From positions 620,001 to 684,000 of the forward strand of contig JALDTO010000251.1 of the NCBI GenBank assembly GCA_023515725.1: 64,000 bases of DNA, read 5' to 3'. Source of the stretch: Amoeboaphelidium protococcarum X5. Its lineage: Eukaryota > Fungi > Aphelidiomycota. The notes under the pieces are model-generated. The model was not told the DNA's origin, made no database searches, and was given only the letters and a program-made list of their open reading frames with translations. Shown here one piece after another: positions 13,040 to 31,395 of the stretch. Each line of letters opens with the position of its first letter. The first letter of the stretch is position 1. Both the position numbers and the translations under genes were made by a program.

Positions 13040-13276
13040 ATGATTCGTACTGCTTTGCGTAAACCAGAGACTGCTATCATTATTGGCATTATGGGCCTGG
13101 CTGTTAGTCTGTCCACCTTCCACTTGGTCAAGCTGGGTCTTGATCCTCACTCTAGGTACGCAAAGACTATTGAAGACAGGGAATGGGAAAAGAAGATGCC
13201 TTCAAAGTATCTGCAAGTGAGATGGTCAGACTTGGTCTAGAAGAAGAAGGATGCTGAAAGTGATAATAAGTAGTGA
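13040..13276 (+). CDS. small single-TM mitochondrial protein, NDUFA4/MLRQ-like
   Basis: 78 aa: KPE, one TM, then DP; family call from pattern only. Confidence 0.5.
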
Positions 13277-13370
13277 GAGTAAACTGAGGTTACCCCGGCA
13301 TTAATAAATTGACTAAGTAGAAGTTTATATCTTATTTTGTTTATAAAGTTCTTTTTTTTAACATAATCAT

Positions 13371-14468
13371 TCAATAATAAATGCATCGAGTCTTGTGAAT
13401 GGGAATGTCGCTCATACTATGCGATTCTAGCTTTGCATAATCCCATAGAAAAAAGTCTACCAAGATGGCGTTGACTTTATGCACCAGATCCGGATGGAGA
13501 ACGCGTATTCTATCAACGATCTTCTCCACAGCAATTATCGAGTTGGCTCTAATTTCAACTTCCATAGGATCGCCATTCTCTATGAGACTACCCTCGTGGA
13601 GAACGTCGTTCAACTGCTGGCTGTATGAGAGCACATCTATTGCTAAGAGACATTGTGGAACGCGGTAATCGGCAAACATTGTAATGCTGTCTATATCTAG
13701 AAAGTCAGTATCTCCATTCGTATACTCTGAATAGCTTTTGAAGGCAGCATATACGTCAGCTACTAGAATTTATACTCGTTTATACAAGTAAACATCCATA
13801 GTACTCCCATCTTTCAGTTAATATCGCGACTCGTCTCTAAAAGTGGGGAAATGCTCGAGCATAATGGATATCAAATTCTGACTATTTCTGTTGCCAGCAG
13901 CGACAATATTACTAAATTGAGCATCAAATTGTTATAGCATGATTTTGTAGGCTTCCATCACATTGTCATAGCGCGTTTGTATAAGAGGCATTTCAATATC
14001 AGGATCATCGCCGCGAAATATGCTCTTAAACAAATCATAATCACAATTTTATACCATTGCTTTTACATCAAGCAAGTTGTGTCCTTCATCCAGAGCTCTA
14101 TTTATACAAGCGTGTAATGTCCAATAGCCAGAGTAAGTGACGCCATCATACGTTACTTTATAAACTGATTACGGATCACACCAGAATGAATAATTGAGCA
14201 AATCGCTGAGAAATATCCAATTCAACAAATCATTGTATCCAAGTACGTGGCCACTTTTGAATTTCTGTCCTATCTTGGGATGAAGCTTATGTTACGACCA
14301 TTAATCCCAAGAGTAGTCGCTATCACTGATTTTTGTAGCAATCCAACGCGCAGCTTTATCAACACCTTCTACATTGATATACACATGCTTCGAGTTGCTA
14401 CTAACGCGTTTACAAGATTCTAAAACTTTAAATGATGGCTTCTATTAATCTATTGGTATACTGTTCAT
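13371..14468 (-). CDS. QNG1: queuosine salvage protein / Q-nucleotide hydrolase (DUF2419)
   Basis: FPTFRD, YKRVQILVAD (Q=TAA), MFADYRVPQ, EVEIRA, DFFLWD, HKTRCIYY*. Confidence 0.92.
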
Positions 14469-14493
14469 TGTTCTTCTAAAACGAGGGAAATAA

Positions 14494-19107
<4,614 letters not shown>

Positions 19108-19800
19108 ATTGATATTGTAAACTAAGCGGATTAATGATGTGTCAGCTTGATGTATTATATTCTTAAGCCAAGTCTACTGACTAAAATTATAATAAAGGCT
19201 AGATATTAATAATGCAATATTAACAACCAGATATACTCAAAAATAGATCGTGTTTCATTACTTTATAGCTACGAGATGAGAACCATAAAAATAGCCACTT
19301 AGACACGACGCATTTAATACCTTTTAGTCACTTGAGTATCTAAAATTAATGGTCAAATCCTCGTAAATGCCATTTTTAAATAATGCCAATCTCTAGGCAA
19401 CTGCAATAGACGTAATTGACTACTTTGAGACCAACGGTAGTTCATATTTAAAGCAATTACTATTGTGAAACGCCATGAATCAGGTAAAAAGTTTAATGTT
19501 GATCTCGACATCAATCGAGAGTGTTAAACGTCAAATTCTTTATATACGTGTCTCAATGCTTCATGCTTATACGCAAGATACACGCTATTCCCAGCTTGGA
19601 TGATAAAAAGACGAGTTCAAGTTCAGATACAAACGCTTCTCGTGTTTTACACTAATCACTTCCCTTCTCCCTTCCTCGTGCTCAAACAATTGTTGTTGAT
19701 CCGTTTGTCTGTCTCTCCCCATTGCATTTTCATTCTCAATTTCTTCAGGATCTCTCTGCGGTGGACTGAAAGAAAAGCTTTTGAAATTACAACAGCAGAA

Positions 19801-21070
19801 ATGATGGCAGAATCTGTCAAGGATACAGCGACTGGATCAAAAATAAGATCTAGAAAGCCTGCTAGTAAGATTACTATCGCTATCATAATGTCATAATTAT
19901 TTTATTCACCCATCGCTCTCTGTAGATACTGCGTTTAAACAGTAAAGATTGAAGGCCTGGTAGCCTATTCTTACTCCCCGCACTGTGCTACCCACATTTT
20001 TTATCATTGGTCTGATATTTGTACCTCTTGGAGCTGGTCTTTACGTTACCAGTAATAGTGTCCAGGAATTGTCTTTTGATTACACTGACTGTATTAATGC
20101 ACCTAGCACTTTTACTGCAGTCAGCGATAAATCACCTATTACTGCGTGGAGATACAATTCTGCTACTAGTACTTGCTCGATTTAGTTTAATGTCGACTCC
20201 ACTTTCAAGGCTCCCGTCTTCCTTTACTATCGCCTTACAAACTTTTATCAGAATCATAGAAATTATGTCAAGAGTGTTGATGCTACTTAATTGAAGGGAT
20301 CTGCTGATACATCCTCCATCTCAACTAATTGTGCTCCGCTGGACAAGGCTTCCAACGATGTATTTTATTATCCTTGCGGCCTCATCGCCAACAGTCAATT
20401 CAATGATACTATTGGTACACCTGTCGCTGGTGCTGATTCTTTTAGAATTTCATAGGCCTCCAACCCATCGGAGACTTACACGTTCAGTGAGAAGGGAATC
20501 AGCTGGCCTTCAGACTAGAGCAAGTATGCTCTCACCTCTATGCCATTGGATAAGATTGCGCCACCTAGAAATTGGGCAAATAGAAGAATTGGAGGCAAAT
20601 CGCTGAATGGAAGCACCTGGGCTGCGGTTGTTGGTTCAACTGATCCATCCCAGATGATCTTTAATCCTCAGACTGATGAGCATTTCCAAGTGTGGATGAG
20701 AACCGCCGGCCTGCCAACATTTAGAAAGTTGTATGGTAAGAATACGGCTGATGATTTGCAGCCTGGTAGCTATCAGATTGATATCGAGTACAATTTCCCA
20801 ACCTCTTACTTCTCCGGCACCAAAGGTATTGTGTTGAGCACCACGTCTTGGCTTGGTGGTAAGAATCCATTCCTGGGTGTCGCCTACATGGTTGTCGGTT
20901 GTATCTGTCTATTCCTGGGTATCATCTTTTTAATCAAGCAGTATGTATCACCACGTAAACTGGGAGACCACAGCTATTTGAGCTGGAACTAGCACGCTAA
21001 TGCCTCAACTACCCAGCAGTAATCTGGTGCAGGTGCAACTGATGCTGCGAATGGTGAAAAATCTAAGTGA
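19801..21070 (+). CDS. CDC50: P4-ATPase beta subunit
   Basis: [59 protein letters not shown]. Intron 19865-19925. Confidence 0.95.
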
Positions 21071-21259
21071 TTATATGATTGAACTGAACGTGGATCTATA
21101 TAAGTGTGTGTGTTTGAACGTGTGGTGTAACGTTGTGTTGGAATAAAACTTGCTATTTTTAAGTATGATTTTTATTTTCATATTGCTAATTACTATTTGA
21201 TTAACATTAACATTGTTCAGATTAATTCAATAGCATTAACTCTGTATAGGGCAGGAGAT

Positions 21260-22746
21260 ATGAATTACCAGCAGAATATTGATGACGATGATGAAGCTCC
21301 ATTGTCTTATTACGGAGCTGACGATCAGTATAATTTGAAACACTCGCAAAGGTTAGTATACTTAATTAAATGACGCAATAAGTAACTTGACTTAAATTTT
21401 AGTTTAAAATAATATGTAGTAATTATCAGCTTGATGAAATAGTGCCAGATGGTGATGGGAGTCGTATGAGACGCGAGGATAGTCATGATACATTGTCGGA
21501 TGAGGCTATTGCGCGCAACTTTTGGAATGAAGATTAGCAAAGTGTCAGGCTGAGATCTCCTGTGCGATAACAATACGATGATGGTCAGTTTGGTGGGGTG
21601 GTAAGTGGTAAACAACTTCCAGATATACCTACTTCATAGAGGAAAGTCAAATAAAGGCCGTTAATTGATATAAATGATGCTTCGGTTAGGAGACAGGTGA
21701 ATAGAAGACAGAATCCGCGATTTCGCCCTTGGTTTATATGGACTGTATCGGTGGTACAGGTGGTCCTCATGATTGTGGCTTTTGTTAGAAATCAGTAGCT
21801 GACAGGTGAGCTGATACAAACTAGTCCGTTCAATATCTTGATTGGGCCTTCAGCCTTCACTCTCATCAGATTAGGGGCGCGTTTTGTGCCATGCATGAAG
21901 AACAGCACCTTGAATGGTCAATTTTTCGAGTGCCCGAGAGGCATCAGCTCCAATGGAAGTACCACATGCTCTCTCCAGGATCTGTGTCCTCTTGCTGACG
22001 GTTAATAGCCAGACTAATGGTATGCTTAATTAAAAATCTTTGTGATATCTTATCTTATTCATGCGTATTGTTGTTGTAGGTATCGCTTTATTGCTCCGAT
22101 ATTCCTTCATGGAGGTCTGTTGCATATACTGATTAACTTTAGTTTTTAGTTGACTACGTGCACCTACTTGGAAAGAGTATTTGGCTGGTACAGAATAGCA
22201 CCAATCTACATGCTGAGTGGAGTGTTTGGATTTGCATTTGGCGGCGCGTTTGGCATCGAGTCTAACCCGTCAGTGGGATGTAGTGGCGCGTTATTTGGCA
22301 TCGTCGCTGTGCTACTGATAGATCTACTTAAGAATTGGCGAGTGTTGAGAAAGCCATGGATTGAATTGGCTAAGCTACTTGTCATGATTATAGTGTCTTT
22401 CGCACTTGGTTTAATACCAGGTGTGGACAACTTTTCGCACATTGGAGGATTCTTTATGGGCTTGTTCGGCTCACTGGCATTCCTGCCTTCAGTGTCATGG
22501 AAGTTGACTTCACAGCGCAATGATGATGTAGGAAGAAACAGAACAAAGTGGAGTTGGTCCAAGTTGAGTCCGTTTGTGAGGAAATCTATCCTCTTTGTCA
22601 TTGGAATGAGTATGATAGTTTTGTTCTATGTGCTCATCTTTAGGGCGTTCTACGGAGTTCAAGATGCAAAACAGCTGTGTCCTGCGTGTCAATATTTTGG
22701 TTGCCTCCCGATCGGAAACCTTTGCTCTATCGGAACAACAACATGA
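21260..22746 (+). CDS. rhomboid intramembrane serine protease
   Basis: QW-YRF..IFLHGGLLH, catalytic GCSG and NFSHIGG. Introns 21352-21419 and 22020-22079. Confidence 0.88.
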
Positions 22747-22966
22747 ATGTAATATATTCTTTGATTCTACATATTTTATCTATATGAATCGCGTACCTGA
22801 TAGCACAGAATTTAAATCGAAATTATCAGGTCCGGTGTGCCTAGCTTGTAGATGCCGATTTCATCATTGATCTCGAGTTTTCACGTTTTTTCTCTTTTAC
22901 CTCTGTTGTGCGATTAGCAGTGGTCATTACACTGATCTGACGATTTCTTAAAATACATTTGTAATA

Positions 22967-23641
22967 ATGGCATAGAATACTATTGAGCATGGACGCGATC
23001 CTTGGTAAGATTGTCTTTTGTATTACTTTATTATTTGATGTGCATATTTAGCTGTAGTCCTTGGAGAATATTGGATGATTTGGGAGGTGCATTTGCACTT
23101 GGTGCTATCGGTGGTGGTATTTGGCACGGTGTTAAAGGCGCGAAAAATTCGCCAAAGGTAAGATTAAATCAATGGACTAGATATTGATGATATAATTATA
23201 TTCTTTTGTTAAATGATCATGTAGGGAGAAAGATTTTTGGGTGCTCTATCTGCCGTGAAATCGAGAGCTCCCGTGCTTGGTGGCAACTTTGCCGTCTGGG
23301 GTGGAATGTTTAGCGCGTTTGATTGCTCTTTGGCTTACATGAGAAGAAAGGAGGATCCGTGGAATAGCATTCTTTCAGGTACCCTTACAGGCGGATGTCT
23401 TGCAATCCGAGGTGGACCAAAGACTGCTCTTACCGCTGCTGTAGTTGGTGGTACATTTCTTGCCGTTATTGAAGGTGCGATGATATTGATATCCCGAATG
23501 GCTACTGAGTCGATGAGGCCTCCTCCGCAACAGAAGATTGAGGCTATTCCATCAATTCCTGTCGCGCCTATTAGCAAGATTGAGCAAGCTCCATCATCCT
23601 TTGTCACTGACGATGCTGCAGAGTAGCACGATTCTCTCTGA
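22967..23641 (+). CDS. TIM17: mitochondrial import translocase Tim17
   Basis: [44 protein letters not shown]. Introns 23005-23057 and 23158-23224. Confidence 0.95.
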
Positions 23642-23797
23642 TTGATTGACGATCATAATGATACTTTTTATAGATCTGTTATTTCTAAATTTAGCCTGAT
23701 TGATCCTTTCTATATCATCGAGTCAATATTTTATTAATATATATCTCTTTTTTTCCTTCAAGCTCTATCTACTGTAATAAGTGAAATTTATTTATCA

Positions 23798-24028
23798 ATG
23801 GCTGACGCGATTAAGAGTAAAAAGTTGTGTGCTTTTGCTGATTGTCAGAGCAAGCCTGCAAAAATCGTTGGCGATTGCAAGTTTTGTAGCGCGTCATTCT
23901 GTAGTCGTCACCGCACTGTTGAGGCTCATGCTTGTGCCAACATTGATCAGTGTAAGGCTGCACACTTTTAGCGCAATGAAGCCAAGTTGTTGAAGGAGAA
24001 GACTGCTGGCGTTAAAGTGGCTATGTGA
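23798..24028 (+). CDS. AN1-type zinc finger protein (76 aa)
   Basis: CAFADC..IVGDCKFCSASFCSRHRTVEAHAC; not in the supplied ORF track. Confidence 0.85.
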
Positions 24029-24714
24029 TTACTGTAGTGATATCAGTGAATGAAGATTTTGAATGATGTTTGTCAAGCTTCTAATATTCTTATTTTTAAA
24101 TTTTACAGACGATGTTGGAGCTGTCTTGAATAGAACATAACGCGCAGGTTCCTTTTAAGTTTTGTTTTACTCTGTTCCATTTTAGAACGGATAGAGTCGC
24201 GTGATGCATCCATTTATCGGACTCTAATGTGAAACTAGTTGATTCATTATTGCCACAGAAAGACGCATAATAATATAGCAGGTTATGATTGTAATAATAA
24301 AAGGCTTGATACGAGAATAGTTCGCTTACTTGAATTACATGTCTGATTTATTACTAGCGAAAGTTCTGGGGACCATTTTACGCTCAAGTTCACACTGTTG
24401 GCATCCTTGTGAATACATGTTTCTAGAAAATCCAAATATCACTGTCGCTTATGCTGAGTGCAATTTCTACCTAGCTAGTAATCAACTAACACAATACATA
24501 TGCTTTTTATTTTCAGTCCCCCATCTAACGTTGTATCTGCGATTACTCTCATTTTTACCACTAATAGATTGGAAAAAGGACGACAATGGTGGGCGACTCC
24601 TGGGAGCGCCACTAACTGATACCCCTGCGGTCGGCGTTTTAACCGTGATCGGCACTTTTAAATTTTTCAACAATTCATCTCATATCAAATTCTTAAATTA
24701 AAGTCAGTATTAAA

Positions 24715-25896
24715 ATGATATTTTAGTTGATTCTTTTCCAAGGACTGGTATACGCGTAGGACCCAATCCTGGTTGCTTATCATGATTCTCTAGTATAGTA
24801 CAATGAGAGTCGCTTTCCAAGTCGTGAAATTGCTATGACTGTGATGCGAGATAATTAACCTATCGATACGCTCTTCTCAAGGCCTTACTATGAACCCTCT
24901 TACTATCCATATCATTCTGATGGTCATTCTGCACCTAGTTACCATACACCGAATTTTGATGAGATTCAATTTAAATATTCAGATTTAAGTCCTAATGTAG
25001 AACGCATGGAGACGGCTGTTTTTTTTGATTAGCCGCCACAGGTAGATTAATCGTTTAGCATTGTATCCTAAACGTAGAATCAAGAAGATGCTAACACTAT
25101 CGCGTAATTTAAACTGAGAGATCCGTTCAATTCAACTGAAAAAGACTCCTATGAGAACGTTATTGATCTTCGTAGATAAATCACGGTATAGATGGACGCG
25201 TTTAATGGCACTTGCGTCAGGAGCGGGCTGAAAGGACGTCTTTGCGAGTTTGTATGTGAGGCATTTCTGTATGGAACGTATGAAAGAGACTCTAATACCT
25301 GTTATGTCTTCTTAAAGTTGCATAGACTGTAAATTATGGTTAAAAAGAATAGCGACGGTCAGTGGGTTGCTGCAGCGGATGATTTTTGGAAGTCGGGTGT
25401 CCCTAAATCATTTGGTGCTGTGAAGCGTCATTTCGAACGTGAGAACTCTCATTCTGACTCTAAACCAGTGAGGATGGTATATGATCACGTCGAAGCTCTT
25501 GCAAAGAAAGAGATGCCTGAGAATTATCCAGCTGTGTATGGTGTTGACCGTAATGATTATCGCGTGAAATTTAGATTTTTAGAGATTCAAGTGTATGACT
25601 CTCAAGACCCTTTAATGTAATTGTCTAAGATGATTCCATACGATGATTTTAAACTTCCTGTGGTTGAGAGCCAAGGAAGATCAGGCAAAAAGGCATTTGA
25701 AGAAACATTGTAGCAGATCAATGCTACATCGAATAAGAAAACTGGCTGGATTATTGGTCTTGCCGTAGTTTGTAGCTGTCTTTTGGTGAGTGTCGTTGGA
25801 TTTGTCATTTGGTACAAACGCAATTTGCTACCCAAGATTTAGTACTAGAAATTGCAATCCTTTATGCTGGGAGAAGTTTTTGAACCTGAAGTTTGA
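24715..25896 (+). CDS. unknown type I membrane protein (393 aa)
   Basis: MIFQLILFQGLVYA signal peptide, ectodomain with several N-x-S/T sites, TM WIIGLAVVCSCLLVSVVGFVIW followed by YKR; open only under TAR=Gln. Confidence 0.75.
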
Positions 25897-26117
25897 TTAA
25901 TAAGGATATGATACGTTAATTTTGACATACAGTTTGTGGGCATATATCTCATTAGACGTGATTTTATAATTTGGCTGCATGGTATGTGTCTGCTTTGTCT
26001 TGACTCATACCATAAGCACTTCATTTGACAAGGATTTTTTGGCTGGTTCTAGATAGACGGAATAAGCGACTTTTTCATCTAAAAACGTAAGTCGCATAGT
26101 GCACTTGCCTCTCAAAG

Positions 26118-26456
26118 ATGTTGTATCATTAAAACGACTTGACTACTGCAAAAACACCTTAAGGATCGTAAATCACCAAAAAGTATGATTTCGCCGAGTG
26201 TCGATCTCGGTACCTCAAGCGTGTTAAGCTTGCGCTCTTCCGGCGTGAGCTACGAAACCTTTAAGTGAAAAGACAAAAATTCCGACAAATGATAGTACTT
26301 ATTATGTAAGGAAGTGGCTTCAAAGAACAGATTATAACCAAACAGTGCAATTGTGCTATTGTGGCAACGTGCGATCAAAGTAAAGACTGGATGTACGCGA
26401 CTATCATCGCCTTAGAAGAAACTAAATGGCGGAACTCACATCAGCTGGAGAAATGA
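26118..26456 (+). CDS. hypothetical basic protein (112 aa)
   Basis: ATG..TGA frame under TAR=Gln; no motif recognised. Confidence 0.3.
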
Positions 26457-26726
26457 GAACTTTACTATGTCTCATTGGAAAGGCTCTGACAAGGTTACAG
26501 AACATATATCAGCCACAACGTACATCAGTTCTGTAAAGAATATCGCGACACATGTTTACTACTCTTTGGATTTATTCAGTCTTGTTTACAAATGTCTAAT
26601 AAATGGCGCGTGTTTTACAAATATCGCATCATTTCTTCATTTACAGTATCAAGAGCCTCTCCACTTTATAAACTTAACAGCTGCCGTGGGAGGAGATTGT
26701 TAAATTATTATAATTTAAAAATTATC

Positions 26727-27708
26727 ATGTCTCAACTGTAAACTTTAATTGGTGATGCTTTGGAATTGGAGGATATTGATGTAAATTTGTACAGAAGTAA
26801 GAACAAGTTATGGGTCCCTATCGGAAGTCATGGAGTTTTTGGTATGATTGATTGTTGATGTATGGTTTATCTCATTCACATAACATGATAATGTAGGAGG
26901 CCAAGTACTGGGATAAGCACTCGTCGCAGCCAATAGGAGTGTACCTGATCCTTTTGTTGTGCATTCGCTTCATTCACACTTTCTACTTCCCGGTGATCCT
27001 AAAGTGCCTATTGTTTTTCATGTGGCCGAGAGTCGAGATGGCAAGAGCTTTATCACCAGATCAGTGGAGGCCAAGTAGAATGGACGCGCCATTTTGATAA
27101 TGACAGCTTCCTTCTAGCGGCCTGAGGCTTTTGAATTGGAACATTAGAAGCCGCCACCTCAAGCACCACCACCTCAAGATGTCAAGAGCGAAGAAGATAG
27201 ATTAAAAATATGGTTGAACACTCCTCAGATACCGTCTAAATATCACGATCTGATTAGTATGCGCCTGACCCAGCCCATTCCTATTGAGATTAAGCACGTG
27301 AGTCCAAAACTGTCTGTCAAGGCCGAGAAGACTGAACCTCAGCAGATGATATGGATCAGGGCCAAAGGAGATTTGGGTGACTCTAAGCAGACGTTCCATC
27401 AAGCAGTAGTAGCGTATGCGAGTGACCATATTCTACTGACCACTGCCTTATTACCTCATGGTCTCAACTCATTGCATCCCAAACTCAAGTATATGGCAAC
27501 TTTGAACCATTCAATGTGGTTCCATGCACCATTTCGCGCTGATGAGTATTTGCTTTATGAAATGGAGTCACCACGGACTGGTCAGAACAGAGGACTTGTA
27601 TTTGGTAGGATTTATACACAAGACGGCCGTCTGGTTGTCACTTGCGCGTAAGAGGGACTTATCCGCACACGAAGTGCAACCAGTGACAAATAGCAGAGTA
27701 AGCTATGA
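26727..27708 (+). CDS. TES1: peroxisomal acyl-CoA thioesterase II (TesB/ACOT8)
   Basis: VFGGQVLGQAL, HSLHSHF, RDGKSF, AYASD, NHSMWFH, QEGLIR, C-terminal SKL. Intron 26842-26896. Confidence 0.93.
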
Positions 27709-27744
27709 CTTAAATCAGTTTCTACAAAATATATTTATAATCAA

Positions 27745-28206
27745 TCAATTATTGGTTTATAATTACACGTAATATCCACAAGTTGAGCATTCCTATTTAG
27801 TGCCAAGATCTTCATATTAACACTGTGGACAAACGGAATTGAGTTGCTTCAAATAATCATCAGCCATTTCCTGATTCAACTCGGCCAAAAACTGCTCTTC
27901 ATCGATCAAGTCCTACTAATCATCAATAGTCCACTGATTATCAACACATATCCTCTTCCACTCTTACTAGAATTTATGATAAAGATTGAGATCATTATCA
28001 TCATCAGTGCTGTCCTAATCAACAGCTTTCAATTATCTTCGCTGTTGCAGAATCTAGATCTTTTTATCAGACTGAATGGATTTGTACTTGGATAGTAAAT
28101 TCTTTCGCACCGTTGACTTGTAGTCATTATTTTGTAATGACCGTACTGGTGTTCGATGAGAAGATGCTTGCTAATTAGACTATGGCACGCTTTTGTTTTA
28201 CTACAT
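27745..28206 (-). CDS. RPA-interacting protein (RPAIN/RIP)-like, short, with C-terminal Zn ribbon
   Basis: 153 aa: basic N-terminal helix, QQEWK, acidic stretch, CPQC...CSTCG; family call from pattern only. Confidence 0.55.
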
Positions 28207-28342
28207 GGTATAATAGTATTTCAACTCTTTATCAAAGCATAAATTTTGAAATGTCGAGCCGTTCTAACAACGAAGAAACTTAACCAAACTTGAGAAATTT
28301 AACAGTCAAAAAAGTAATAATAAAAACCAATTTAATCACATT

Positions 28343-29413
28343 TCATTATTACTAGGCGCCAGGTTGTTGCTGCTATTACTATTGAGTCTTGGTAGCTTCC
28401 TTCAATGCAACCAACTAACGAGTTCTAAATTACTCGTAATGATGCACAGAGGTGACTTCAATCAGAGACTGCATATGAGTCTTTATCAAAAAATTCTTCA
28501 AAATCGTAAAGTCAGAGTGTAGCGGATCTTCAGTATTGATTATGGCACCATAGCGAGTGAATCTAGTGCGAACATTCTAGCCATTCATAGAAGACAGGTG
28601 CTCACTGGACGAGACACAGAATGGTAGAATATCACGCACGGCAGCGTTCTATGACTGCTCCTCCGGATCCTCATCATCGTCAAAGTGCGAGGACGGGAAA
28701 ACGTTGATCTGGTGAAACTTGATCTCCTCCGCAATGCGTTTCTTAAAATCGGCGCGCTCTTGAACAGTCAGCGCATCGGATTTCGCAATCACCGGCACCA
28801 CGTTACTAATCTCTGACAGCTTCTTCATCACAGTGATATCGATTGGGCGCAGAGAATGGCCAGACGGGAAAATAAAGTACAGCACACAGTGCACACGGGT
28901 ATCCACAACTTTCTTCACGTCTCTGCTCGGACTCAGTTCTTTGCGCAGATACACAGCATATTGATCCTTGATGTAACGACACAGAGGTTCCCAACAGTGT
29001 TCATTATTCAGGGAAGAACCGAAACCAGGTGTATCAATCACATTCAATTTCATTCTCAGCTTCTAATCATGAACCTGGAATGATGAACATCTAATATCAG
29101 TCGTTGGACCTTTAGATGGGTTCAAGTTGGCATAGGTGGAATATGAGGAGGCACGCTGACGACCAACATCTCCACTACCAGGGACAGCATCGAGATTCGA
29201 AGGATTCTACTGCAAAACACCGCCAACTGCAGGATCAACCAAATGAGTGTTAAATAGAGAGTTTACAAAGGTGCTCTTTCCAAGTCCACTCTACCCGACT
29301 AGCATAATGTTAAAGTGAAATCCTCTGGACACAATCTTTTTCTCAATCTACTTCACCAGAGTATCAAATCCAATATAAGACTGCGGATGAGAAGTTGTTA
29401 CAGTTGATGCCAT
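28343..29413 (-). CDS. CDC10: septin, Cdc10 group
   Basis: YIGFDTL, GQSGLGKSTF (Q=TAG), DTPGFG, VHCVLYF, AKSD, HSDF, HYEQFR. Confidence 0.9.
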
Positions 29414-29743
29414 AGTTCAAAATTTTAGATTATAATTATAAAGTCTTTAACAATTTTAATAACGAAATAGAATTCAATATGAGCAATTTATCCGAACAGT
29501 AAATATCAAAACTTATCTGGAATTAGTTAAAGCAGTGTCTTCAGTACAACAACAGTAAGAACAAAGAGGAACAACAAAGCTGTCAGGCGGACGAAACGAC
29601 GAGGAAACGAAAGTGGAGCGAAACACTTGGCGCTTTCAACAGGACAGGTCGGGACAGGTCGGCGCGATTTAAACACAACTAACACAGTAAATAAGTCACG
29701 ATTAATATCTGGATTATCACTTGAAAGTTATAACTAGTACATT

Positions 29744-30649
29744 ATGGAAAGGAGTGCATATTCTGGACATAGTAATTTGTTAGAAAAGGAGCCGTTCGAG
29801 AGGTATGGATGGGACATGAATCAATCAGTGTTCACAACTCTGTCAGTCAGTTGGAGGCCGTCAGATGTTTTAAAGATGAGCTATGGGTATTATATGGGCT
29901 ATAACAGAATGTTTGTAAAGTCGCTATTTACACCTAAATCTGGCCGATGGACCGTAGATTCCAAGTTCTTGGTCGATGAGTAACTGGACGTGGACATCAA
30001 GTACGCCATCAACGCATATACGAACGCGAACATCAAATTGCAGTCTGTGAATGCTAGTAGCGACAAGTTCTGGCTCAATGCAATGTCAAGTGTACAGTTT
30101 GATAATGGCCATCATTCCGCAGAGATGGCTTCCGATGGGAAACTCTCACTAGTTCGTTATGGATATTACTTGCGTAATCTATTCTCATCTCAATATGATT
30201 TGAAGTACAATTTTGAATTCTATCACGTGCGGAGGGAAGGCTTTGGGCTCTCAATGAAGCTCACTGATCGATCTATGGGATCTTTTGTTGAACTAAATCC
30301 ACTGTTGGGACATTTGTCTTTACAGCTCTCATAGACTGCGCTAAAAGATGCGTTAACTCTCAGTACATTATTTGAATTTAACGTTTACTCCTTTGAAAGC
30401 TCGTTTGCTGTTGGCCTCTAATATACACCATCTCACACGGTTGATCAAGTGTCTGATTTATAGAAGGCGGAAATATCTCCATCATCATTATAAAGTCCTT
30501 CGTCTATATTACTTCGACTGGATACTCAGACAGGCTTATCTGTGGGATACGAGACGCGACTGAACCCGCAGTTTAAAATGTCTCTTGGATTGATATCAGC
30601 GCAATGGAGTAAAGTTTTATTTGGTGTCAACATTGAATGTGAACTTTGA
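29744..30649 (+). CDS. MDM10: ERMES beta-barrel Mdm10 (start uncertain)
   Basis: LNPLLGHLS...FEFNVYSFES signature, alternating beta-strand pattern, terminal FGVNIECEL. Confidence 0.75.
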
Positions 30650-30794
30650 GATTTGATTGGTGTGAAATGATGCTTGATCACTATGAGACCGTGATTCCAG
30701 TTTACATATTTATAGATTTGGTCTTTCTCTCTTTATTCACATCATTAAAACCCAAAATAATAGCTGATAATTATCCTTAGTAAAGTGTAAGAAA

Positions 30795-31395
30795 ATGTCA
30801 CCTTAATAGTAATCGTAGTAAGATGAGAATAACTCACCATTGTTGAGTTAAAATACACAATCATCTTAATCTGTGCCAGTAGCTGAAACATCAACAAACA
30901 TCAATAACAGCAATTCGCGTCATGAGTTTGCCTCGCTTGAAGTCTAGAGAATATCTGGCCATTTTAAAATAACCTTGGCTATTCTGGTCGTACTAAACAT
31001 AGTGTTATATACGTTTGAAAGTGTTGTAGGCGCGGCACTGGAGCCATCCGCGCATGATATGATCCTGCTGATGCTCGGCTACCTGTGTCAAGATATGCAA
31101 CGCGTCAACGGTCTCGTGTTGTACAAGAAGCTGACAATCGCATCCCTGGTTATTGACTGCATTTCATTGATCACGACAATAAGCTTTGTAGTTGAGATGA
31201 GTGGCGGATTCCATTTGATACTACTGCTTCTAATTGCTCTATTTCTGTTTGAAGCCTTTTTCAAAGTTGCATCCTTCAAGCATTCAGACAATCTCATCCG
31301 GGCGATCGAATCATCAGTAAGCTCTTCTCTAATTGATACACTTCAATAATTAACTTTATAATTTGTAGAAATTGTCCGAGATTATGGCTGTTTGA
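30795..31395 (+). CDS. unknown protein with about 4 TM helices
   Basis: Q/S/N-rich N-terminus then four hydrophobic helices; inferred intron 31317-31368 (GTAAGC..TGTAG) leads to TGA at 31393. Confidence 0.6.

Noticed and set aside
13371-14468. QNG1 (queuosine salvage) as part of the recoding mechanism
   Set aside because: A widely conserved housekeeping gene; queuosine modifies GUN-anticodon tRNAs, not tRNA-Gln; nothing in the sequence links it to recoding.
24285-24701. ORFs between the AN1 gene and the type I membrane gene
   Set aside because: No motif or convincing coding signal on either strand.
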